From: Macrostomum lignano
Lineage: Eukaryota
Assembly: GCA_002269645.1 (NCBI GenBank)
Contig: NIVC01000041.1
Coordinates: 62,001 to 126,000 of the forward strand
Length of the DNA: 64,000 nt
Direction of reading: 5' to 3'
Below the pieces are notes generated by a model. The model did no database searches. It was not told where the DNA came from and saw only the letters and a list, made by a program, of their open reading frames with translations. This document shows, piece by piece, positions 12,501 through 39,685 of this stretch (positions are counted from its first letter, which is position 1; each line of letters opens with the position of its first letter). Both the position numbers and the translations under genes were made by a program.

Positions 12501-15500
12501 GAACTAATATGGAATAAAAGCACTGCAAAGCATTATCAACAGAAAACAGAGTTATAAAAGCAGGCTTAGGCTCATATGGCTATATACGCTATAGCTTAAT
12601 ACATGTCAGGATGAAAGCAAAGCAACACAAAGCAGGGGGTTTCTATTATCGATTATGATAGTAAAATGGGGTTGTTCTTTTTAGATGCATCCTCGATTCG
12701 TGCTGCATTCGGCTTATAGAAATGCATGTAATACTTTTAGTCATTTATTTTTCTGAGAATAGCCCCACTAAGGAGACTTTCTAGTTGGTAGTCCTTGCTC
12801 ACTCACGCATTCGACTGCTACTCACCTCCTCTGGCTGGTCGCTGAGCAGCCGGACCAGCTTCTCAATAACGTTGAGCTCCTGGAACTTCCGAATATTTTT
12901 AGACGACATTGAGCACTTCCAAATAGCTCCGGTAGCCGCCGACAGCAGCTCTTTGTTGTCCGTTTTGTTGAGCAGGCCGACCATCGGCTCCAGGCCGTCG
13001 TAGGAGCGGACGAGATCTCGGGTTTCCTCTTCTTCAGCGCACTGAAATGTTTTTTCGAGGGGACTTGTAGTACCAAATAGTGGATCCCGGAATTAGGGAA
13101 TAAACAAAAATTCACCTTGAAAATGGTGGACGCGCAGTGCATTTGCAGTTCGGCATTATCGCTCTTGAGGTTCTTCACCAGATCCTCAACCATGCCCTCG
13201 GTGCGGATGGCCACGCGGTAGTCGGGCTCGGAGGCGCACTCCTGCAGGGTGCCAACAACCGGGATCAGCATGTCCTCGTGGCGCGACTTCAGCAGCTTGC
13301 CGAGCAGAGGGATCACTCCAGCCCGTTTCATTGCGCGCTTGTTCTTGGTAGAGTTGCTCAGAGACCAGAGGGCCAGGGCGCCGCAGCGGGCTACCTCAAT
13401 GTCGCGCTCAATCTCCGGCGAGGTTGGCCCGTTCAGGGCCGGACAATCAAGCAGCGACACGAGCTTGCGGATGCCGCCGTGCTGACGTACGATCCGTCTG
13501 GCCCGACGGAACTTGGCCACGTTGGCAATGGTCTCGGCTGCCAGGCATTTCAGATCCTTGCTGGGTTCTTTAAGGATATTCACCAGCGTCTGCAGGCCGC
13601 CAAGGTCGGCTATCGCCCGGCGGATCTGCGGATTCTGCGAGATCTCCTTCAGGATCTTCAGCGAGCCGATCTTGCAGCGGTTTTCCTCCGTTTCCAGCAA
13701 GTTGAGCAGCACCTCAAGGCCGCCAACATCGCGGATGGCCAGCTGGCAGACCTCAGTGTTGAGCTGGAAGTCGCGCAGGGCACACAGCGAAATAATTGTG
13801 CTTGTCTGGTTGCCGCCCTTCAGGTAGCGGACAAACTTGCCGATTTGCCAGTACTCGCTCGGCAGGTCCGCGTTGCTCTCGTGTCGCCGTTCCACTGCGT
13901 CTTCTTCCTCATCGGTGCCGGACTCGGAGTCGCTCTCGTCCGACTGTTGAGCAGCTGCGGCCGCAGACTGGGGCTGACGGGCGCTCCGACGCTCCTGGCT
14001 CTGCTGCTCGCTGGTGCCGAGGCTGACCCAGCGCAGGGTCGGGTCCTTTTTGCGCTCCTCCGCCTCCTCCCTGGCCGCCTGCTGATCCGCGTCGCCCTCC
14101 TGATCCGGCTTTTCGGCTCCGTCGGCAGCCTCGTCGGCAGCCGTCTCGCCGTCGCCGCTTTTTCTGCTGGTCCGCTCGCGGAAGTGGCGGCTCCGCTCGC
14201 GCAGCAGGGCAAACAGGCTGCCGTAGAGGTCGGAGCGGCGCTCGAAATCAACGTCGTTCGTGTCCTTGCTATAGCCCTGCAGTGAGAATGTTCCGAGGTC
14301 GGTAATCACAATCAGACAGTTACGATCGGGAGCGTATGGGGTCACACGTTTAGTATTAATATTTCGTTTTTATGTATTTATCGACGCAAAGCAGAAACCT
14401 ACCTTGTTGACGAACCAGCCCTTGGTGCCGGCGGTCACGCAAATAACGTCGGTGTCCTTCAAGTACACCAGAAAGTAGGCGATGTCGCCTTGCAGCTGGC
14501 GAAAATTCGGGGCCCGGTAGCCGTTGCTGAACACATGAACGTAGCCTGCAAAGCGGACGATGCGTAGAGCGCTTGGTGTGAGTACTTCCTCTGTCTATGG
14601 ACCTTTGCTTCCTGGTGGTATACTGTCCGTCAAAAGTTCTGGAACCCTTGCTACGATGTCTTCTAGCGGACATAATTTCAGTCCGTTTCAATTGTAACTT
14701 GATTCAAATGAAAGCTGCGGATCTCAGCTCCATGATGTGGTCAAGAAAAAGTTTATTCGAAGGAGCGCGTGTGAACAGGCCAGTGTTATGTACATAAAGG
14801 TTAGAGAAAAAAAGTGAGGAAAAGACAAACAAGCAATTGTTTTTTACTCTTTTTTACTCTCCCATGAAAGCTGACTGCACAAGAATCCATAAGAGCCTGT
14901 TGATTTCAACACAAGTTTTGGCCATAGACTAATGTTAGCCAGGCTGAACACTGCGCGCAAACCGATTCCTTCCCATGTGTGTTTGCTCCATAGACTCAGC
15001 AACCATAGACAATTGCTTGTTTGTCTTTTCCTCACTTTTTTCTCTAACCTTTATGAACATAACACTGGCCTGTTCACACGCGCTCCTTCGAATAAACTTT
15101 TTCTTGACCACATCATGGAGCTGAGATCCGCAGCTTTCATTTGAATCAAGTTACAATTGAAACGGACTGAAATTATGTCCGCTAGAAGACATCGTAGCAA
15201 GGGTTCCGGAACTTTTGACGGACAGTATATTAAGCTAAGGTACTATAGTAGATCGTTCTCTGGTACTTAAACTTTGCCATGATTTTCCATCTATTTCAAG
15301 ACCAATATTCTAATTGCTCTTGAACACCCATACTGGATTCATTCGTCCATTCGATTGTCTACATCCTGTATCGTTCGTTTGAGGCCATGGAGCTACATCG
15401 TCAAATCGAATCGCATCATTTAGAACACAATATGCGCACTTTACTACTATTCAATTCCACAGATCAGCTAATTTCACAGTGCTCTCAAGCTGTAACTCAC

Positions 15501-16570
15501 AGGGCACCGGCTCAATATCGCGCAGCGGCTGTTCATCCTCGGAGCCCGACAGCTCCTTCAGGCAGTCGAATTCGGCTTCAACGAGTCGCGGCGACAGGCG
15601 GGAATCCCTGCAAGCGGACGGTGTGGATATTGTTAACAATATTCGGGTGTACTACTAACCTCCTGCAGCACTTTGAGTAGCGAATCCGTTTAAAATCTTA
15701 CTTCGACATCAGTCCCTGCACGCTGCGCAGCATTCGAACGTCCAAGTTGTGAAATTCCATCGCCATCTTCAGTACAACCTTCTTAGTCTCAAACTCCTCG
15801 TAGGTGATGTCCTCGCCTTGCAGGTCCTCCTCCGCTTGCTTGTAGAACTCAACGTCGTCTTCAGTGTTGCATGCGTAGCGATTGCCAAGGATCTTCGACA
15901 CCGGGTCCGAGTTGCCTAGAAATGGCAATGCAATGCGTTTTCAGTAAGCAAGTGCTACACATCCTCAATATCTATCAGTTTATATGTTTGGTAACTGCAG
16001 CTATTTCAAATAGAAGCTCTCAGCATTCTAAGCACACTCTCAAGCCTACCTTCCAAGCAGGCGCGAACTTCGGCCGTCTTCTTGCTCCGGCAGGCGTCCA
16101 AAACCAGCTGCAGCATGTCGAAGCTGTGGCACTCAACGTGCGCTACCTCCGACTCCTGCTTAGTCACCGTGAGCAGCTCGTCCAGTTGAAGGGTGTTCTC
16201 GGATTCCCTGCGAAGGCAAAAAACTCCTTGGAAAAGCGAACTGTTTATGCTCAGCAACTGCTGAGGTGATCACTTCTAGGTTCAAGTGCGCTTAAACCTG
16301 GGTTCTAGGTTCGATAGCTATTTCAGAAAGTACACGGTATTCTTCAACTCACGTCTCGGGGAATCTTTCGGTCTTTTTAAAGTCCTCGAACTTCAACGTG
16401 GAGTCCCAGACAAGAGGCTCGCTAAACTTCATCTTGCCACCAATTGGATTGTTTTTCGAGTAGCCATCGACCGCCTTGAGAATGTCAGTCAGGATGATCT
16501 GGTTGGATGGGCTGAAGTCTAGCTTACTATTGTCCAACCAATCAGCGGCTTTGGTCAGTGTTAGACCCAT
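9555..16570 (-). CDS. ODAD2: Outer dynein arm docking complex subunit 2 (ARMC4/gudu), ~1031 aa. Ten exons: 16353-16570, 16050-16207, 15702-15915, 15501-15607, 14403-14545, 13116-14276, 12826-13041, 10724-11098, 10191-10427, 9555-9821
   Basis: Near-verbatim ARMC4 segments: [93 protein letters not shown]. All introns are GT-AG with matching phases. Confidence 0.96.
11230..11512. repeat. 18-bp minisatellite (GGACTACTGTCTTCTCAT)n in an ODAD2 intron
   Basis: Direct tandem copies; source of the LMDYCL, SSHGLL and WTTVFS repeat ORFs. Confidence 0.95.
14621..15227. mobile_element. Non-autonomous DNA transposon (Tc1/mariner-like MITE) with ~220-bp terminal inverted repeats and TA target-site duplication
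   Basis: 14621-14840 is the reverse complement of ~15009-15227 with about 2 mismatches (TACTGTCCGTCAAAAG...CTTTTGACGGACAGTA). TA lies at 14619-20 and 15228-29. No transposase ORF. Confidence 0.8.
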
Positions 16571-17892
16571 GACTGGCACCGATTTTAATCTATTGCTGCA
16601 AATTTCATAGTGAAAAAGTTTGCACATGTAGATAGAAACATAGTCGGCGAAAAAATTGCCATTAAAGCAAAAACTTAGCTACTTAGACCATCAGCTAAGT
16701 AAAAATGATTTGAATGTAGTCTTTGTATACTATCTTTTATGAGAGAAGCATGAGGGTCTTTTATGAGAGTCACGAATTTATTATATTTTTATTATCTAAA
16801 AAGCGAGACTGATAAGAGTAGCAAATAAAACCTTTTTTAGTTAAATAAATTCTAGAATATAAAGTAAGAAAGATACAAATAAGAAATAAGTTTTAGAAGT
16901 CTTTAATTTTTCAGCTCCAAACAAAAAAAATTACCTGCATTTTATTCATGAGGTGGAATCTCGAAACTAATGTCAGTACTCAATACAATACAAATAAATA
17001 AATCTTGCACTTAAATAAAAAATGGCTTCACTAACCAATACACTGAACATGCTGACTTAAAATATAAGAAAATGAAATATTATTCCAAGTTACAAGTATA
17101 TCATTATACCATAAAAAATATAAAGAACTATATTCCTATCTAGATCATTATAGCAATCAGAAGGCTTTCTTAAAACCAAGCTAGAAAATAATTACTTAAA
17201 ACTTCCGTATCCAACTAGAAATATACGAAAAGCGTTGCTAATTTTTAAAAATTATGATCACAAAATTTAATAATATCTCTGAGTCTAAATCAGAAAAATC
17301 TACCGCAGTAAAGTTGATGCTCACAAACAGACAACTAAAGAAATTATAAAAATTTAATAAAAACTAAGAAATAACTCGCTTAAATTAAATATTGAAGGTA
17401 GCACTTTAACTAAGTGTTTCAGAGTGACTGAATTCAGATCACAATTTCTTTGCAAATTGAATCTATCCTATCTTTCTCGGTTGTCCTGCCTACATATACA
17501 AAGACTGAATAAATTTTAATGGGAGTTAATGAATATGTATATTTTTTTACATTATAGGCCTGTCTTCAGATTTTTAAGCTCTGGAGCACAATGTTTTTAA
17601 TATATTTGTTTTACGCTTTTTTAAAATTCAGTTTTAGTGTATAAAGCCGTTGAAAAAATCAATTTTTTGTTTTTTTCTACACGTTTAATCCAAAAGCCAC
17701 GTATATGTATATTTGTTTATCAATATCTATATGTATTATACATGTATATGTACAATGTTTTTTAGAGAGAAAGAGAGAAAGATGATGTAAAACCAAAAGC
17801 TGCGCACCTGAATGAAATCGTAACAATCGTGTATTACAGTTTAGTAATTTTTATTAGGAAAATTGGAAATGCCGCATTTGGTTAGGCATAAT

Positions 17893-18176
17893 CAGTGGCG
17901 TAGCCAGGAATTTCAATTGAAGGGGGGGCGGGTTGGCTTGGCTGGCCATCCTTATGCCCTTATGCCATTGCCACTTTTGGCGCCGTAGGCACTCATTTTG
18001 GCGCCGCAGGCACTCATTTTAGCGTCGCAGGCACTCATTTTGGCGTCGCAGGCACTCATTTTAGCGCCGGAGGCACTCAATTGCCTCATGGTTTTTGGTA
18101 CCTGCCGCGCCCAACCCCACCCCCAGGCGATTGGGGGGGGGGGGCGCGGCCCCCCCCCCCCCTGGCTACGCCACTG
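17893..18176. mobile_element. hAT-type MITE with an internal 21-bp tandem repeat
   Basis: Perfect 16-bp TIR CAGTGGCGTAGCCAGG / CCTGGCTACGCCACTG, flanked by an exact 8-bp TSD GGCATAAT (17885-92 and 18177-84). An 8-bp TSD is typical of hAT. Confidence 0.85.
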
Positions 18177-18485
18177 GGCATAATATCTTTAAATAATTTT
18201 TATTTGTAATGATACCAAAATAGAGGGTTATTGAAACTTTGTAATATTAAGTGAAAAACTAAAAACAGTCCTCCGGAATTAGAAATGATTAAAATTGAGG
18301 CTAGTTCAATCATGCTTGAAGCTGCATTTCTGTCATGCTGATCAGAGTTCCGAGAATCAAAGTTAAATTACGAGCTATTATTTTATTTTTTCGGTCAATG
18401 GTAATTAATAGATTATTGTCTATTGATTAATTAGTAGATGTCGATATCAACACTTTGATGGTATAGCAGCCGTATCATTCCTGCA

Positions 18486-35777
<17,292 letters not shown>

Positions 35778-36164
35778 GACAATCGGTTGCGAGATTGACA
35801 CCAAAATTCGGCGATTGCATTTGGTTAAAAAGGTGTGAAAGCGTCCACGGATGCATAATATAGCAGGATCGCTAAAAGCTTGAAGTTTTGGTTTCAACCA
35901 TAGACAAGAGCCCGCAATCAGCCGCTGAGTCTCAGAAAGCATAAATTTCACATTTGAGCATCAGGAACAAAGACTATATGTTAAGCAGGAACAGGTTGGC
36001 TTGCAGTTTGAGACAGAACTTGAGATTTATTTATCTCATAAACTTCATTTATTTTTTAACTGTAGCAGCCATTTTCACTCATAAATTCACTAATAGACGT
36101 ACTGATAAACTACTCATAAATTCACAAGTAAGTTCACTCAATCGCTAACAAATCATTCATCGAT

Positions 36165-37663
36165 TCACGGCCCGCAGCGGGCGTGCAGCAGGGCGAACTC
36201 CGCAGCGCTCAGAGTCCAATTAGCGATGGCGTAGCAGACCAGATTACCGCTGAGTCCGTAACCGACCGAGGCGTGATAGCCCAGCCTGAGGCAGGAGGGT
36301 GCGTATGTGTAAGCTTGCGCACTAATCGTAGCCGAGGTATATACGCTGCCCTGCCCAAACAGGCTGTCGAAAGCACCATCTCGCATGGCGATCCCCAGAG
36401 AGACGTTCACCAAGCTGCCGTCAACGGCTCCGAACGACTGGGTGGAGGTCAGCTTCAGTTTATTATCGGGGCTGGTCATGCTGTGCTCCAGTAGCAGAGC
36501 TCCACTTTTCTCGCCAAACAGACCCGAATAATAGCTGCTAGTGGGAGTGGCGCAGTCGAACAGGTAGTGATAGGTAGACATGTAGAAGGTGCGGCGTTGA
36601 GCTCTAACGTAGAAGCTGAAACTGCTCAGATCGCTGCGAGACATTGGAGTTAGTAGCGCCTGCGACTGCGTGTCAAGGTCAATGTAGGAGCTTGTCGTGC
36701 CGTCAAATGCGGCGCCAGAAGAGCTCCGAGTTACAGCCGATGATGGAGTCAAGTTGTACTTGCTCGGGCCCGTGCCGGCTTGGTTAGTGTAGCTCTGACG
36801 AAGGTCATAGAATGCCACCAAGTTGGAGATTAGAGCGGCTGTAGGGCTCGACGTGCTTGTTTGCGGTGTCGCTGTTGGAGTACCAGATGTTGTTGCAGCT
36901 GTAGCTTCAGTTGACTCGTGGCTGAGGCACTGTTTGCACAGCTTGTAGGCCTCTGCAAACTGGCAACCAGTAGCAAGTGAGGCGCACGGAATGCTGCAGA
37001 CAGTCTGGCCAGGTCCCGTGCTGCAAGAGCCTTCGCAGAGCAGATAGAAGAGCACTGATTGGAGAATCAGCAGTAGAATCAGTCGGTTCGAGGCCTGTGG
37101 TTTATTTACGGATGCTTACCAAGCTATAATCCGGACGCAAATGTTTAGAAGGCTCCCGATTCCGATTTGGAAGTTTCTAACACAAGGATTTCCTACCGGG
37201 AGGTTTCCTATCGGGAGGTTGCTATAGGAGGTTTCCTATTGGGAGGTTGCTACCGGGGGGTTGCTATAGAGAGGTTGCTACCGGGAGGTTCCTATAGAGA
37301 GGTTGCTACCGGGAGGTTCCTATAGAAAGGTTGCTACCGGGAGGTTCCTATAGAGAGGTTGCTACCTGGAGGTTGCTACCGGGAGGTTGCTACCGGGAGG
37401 TTGCTACCGGGAGGTTGCTACCGGGAGATTGCTACCGGGAGGTTACCGGTAAATTCTAGTGGTCCTTGCGTAAGGTATGTGCACTCTCTGTGCCATGGGG
37501 GATTAGTCTCACGACAGCCTGCTGATTTCACGACAGCTCCTAGTTAGTTTTCTTGCACGAGCCATAAGTAATTGTGTAATCGAAGTTCGGAGCAACAGTC
37601 GAACACGTTACCGCTGAGCTGCTTTTCTCTGCTCCAAAAATTGAGAGGTTTGAAACTCACCAT
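36165..37663 (-). CDS. Secreted protein, ~310 aa: signal peptide, 6-Cys module, Thr/Ser linker, LamG/concanavalin-A-like jelly-roll domain. ATG at the end of exon 1 (37661-37663), exon 2 at 36165-37094
   Basis: ATG|GTGAGT donor at 37660 splices to CACAG|GCC and gives MASNRLILLLILQSVLFYLLCEG, which is signal-like. The C-terminal domain has LamG_3-like hallmarks (LVAFYDL, AAFDGTTSSYIDL, FSFYV, LRLG, LSGNLVCYAIANWTLSAAEFALLH). The fold is assigned by pattern only. Confidence 0.72.
37190..37447. repeat. 14-bp minisatellite (GGAGGTTGCTACCG)n in the intron of the LamG-like gene
   Basis: Direct tandem copies. Confidence 0.9.
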
Positions 37664-38276
37664 AGCAGCAGAAGAGTTGCTTGCTTGTTTACGAATGTCC
37701 GACTCCAATAGGCAACACTGGTAAAAGTCAATTGCAGTCAATTGCAGTCGAGGAGAAAGTAGGGAGTTTGCTTGGGGCTGCTTCTGACTAGATTGAACTG
37801 GTGCGGATTTTTATGCATCCTGGATACAGAGAAACTAAGCAGTCCATTGGCTGGCCGTTGTTAGTTCTTGTCATTCATCAAATTCTCTTCCCCTGCCCCT
37901 GCATAAACTCTCCTAGTTTCCCCCTCAGCTTCCGATTTGTCTTCTCCATCCGACCTCACCTTCCTGTAAGCTGTAATGGAGTCGACTCGCTTAGGTTTTT
38001 TTACAGTTTTAAAAAACGTCGTCATCCACCATATTCGTTGGCTTGTACCGGAGCAAACAGATTCTTATGGATTATTCCTAAGCCTTTTAACAAAATTTGC
38101 ACAGAGAACTTTCGTGTTTGACCTTCAAGATTGATTTTTTTAATCAGAGTGCATCAGAAACTTTATTGTACGACCTTATGCGTCCTGTGGCTAAGCGGAG
38201 TATAAGAAAGTCTTAGATTGGTAAAAACCGGGACAGCCCATTGAAGTACATTAAAGATCTGATCTAATCTACCGAG

Positions 38277-38643
38277 AGGGGAGCCGTAGCCCAGCGGTAG
38301 CGCAGCTGCTCTGGTGTGCCAGCGACCCAGGCTCGATTCCATGTGCAGTCGCATTAATTTGGGGCTGAATTGGAATCTCGGCTTGGCTCTGCTCGTGCAA
38401 TTAACGGCCTTGAGAGCCAACCCCCCCCCCCAAGGCGCAGTGAAGTGTACATGCCTAACGATAATATAAAGTTAGGGCCGCTGTACACTCCTGTGTGAGT
38501 GTGTGCCTGCGTACGTATCCGCGCGCTTGTACGCCTGCTCAGGGGAGTCGGCGGAATGGGCAGCAATGCCTCTCGCCGGTTGTGTGCCTATGTTGCTTAA
38601 AGTGCGCCAGGGTTCACACAACCCCCCTGCCTCTAATAAAAAA
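38277..38643 (+). mobile_element. Full-length tRNA-derived SINE family A
   Basis: tRNA-like head GGGGAGCCGTAGCCCAGCGGTAG (A box), GCTCGATTCC (B-box-like, 38331-40), a shared body and an A-rich tail. Homologous reverse copies at 53665-54000 and 58718-59070. Confidence 0.8.
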
Positions 38644-39685
38644 ATCTATCTACCGTACTTTTCTTGCGAATTGAGCAGTTTTGTGCTTGTCCACACCATC
38701 AGGTGGAGGCCAAGTTTTATGGGTTCAGATGACTTTTACTCGGCTTTGCACGGAACTGATGCTTCGGCTGATGGCGCCTGAGAACTGCCAGGGACCATCA
38801 GTAGCCATCGATCGCTTTGTCAACGCCTGGCTGAAAGCTTTTTTCGATAAGAAAGACGCAGCAGCTTTAGCTTTAATGCTAGCCATTTGCTAAAAAGTAA
38901 AGTGTAGCATTGTGTCCCCTGGAAGCTAGGAGCACACAGGAGAAAGACGTGACGCTAGAGTCATCGATAGTAGTGCAAGACATTCTAGTGGCTGCAATTG
39001 CAGCGGACTTTGCTTTTATTGTGTACTAGAAATACACCAGAGTGCTAACCGTTGGGAGGGTAACTTAAACACTGTTAGAGCAGTACGTAAAATATTCAAA
39101 GTGCATTTCAACGCGCAAAGAACGCGTCTAACAATGTCAGTAAATGTCTAACGGCGATAAGTAACTTGTAACTCTATAGAATCGTAAATAATAAATATGG
39201 CGGATAACATTGCTAATGAAAGTGAAATGTAATAGAGGTGAAAAAATCTAGCTCAATCAAACAACCCCCCAAATAGATAGATAGATATGATTAAAATACA
39301 CTAATAGAAGTAGATAAAAAAACGCATGACGATAAATGGTCGCATTTTATCAAGGCTTAGACGCCTAGACAGACCCATGAACTACCTTTCTGTGACTATT
39401 AGCTGACATGTGATTTCAGTATAACTTACTAATTAGTAACTATCCCAATGTATATATATATATATGCTAAAATATGATACGCTACAGAAAAAGTCGTTAA
39501 TTTATCATCAATTACCATGGCTCGCTTCCAGCCTACGAAGGCTGTTTCAGAGTATTGCTAATAGAGTTAAACTATTCGAAATCTCGAGAAAAATAAATTC
39601 CTTAAATCTACTAACTGTTCGAGATGATTTTATAACCCAGAGCGTCCACTTATACTCTAGAAACGTCACAGGTCGATGCTCAGAC

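Noticed and set aside
13137-14285. 382-aa + strand ORF, and similar antisense ORFs over the K2P, PLD, rhomboid and BOK exons
   Set aside because: Shadow ORFs antisense to GC-rich coding exons, with no independent homology signal.
37095-37120. A 25-nt micro-intron (GTAAGC...CACAG) at the 5' end of the LamG-like gene
   Set aside because: It yields no in-frame ATG. The upstream ATG|GTGAGT donor at 37660 explains the start better.
38277-38345. Possible tRNA genes at the SINE heads (also ~53930-54000, ~61970-62030, ~62590-62665)
   Set aside because: Only A/B-box-like remnants without a full cloverleaf, each fused to a shared SINE body.
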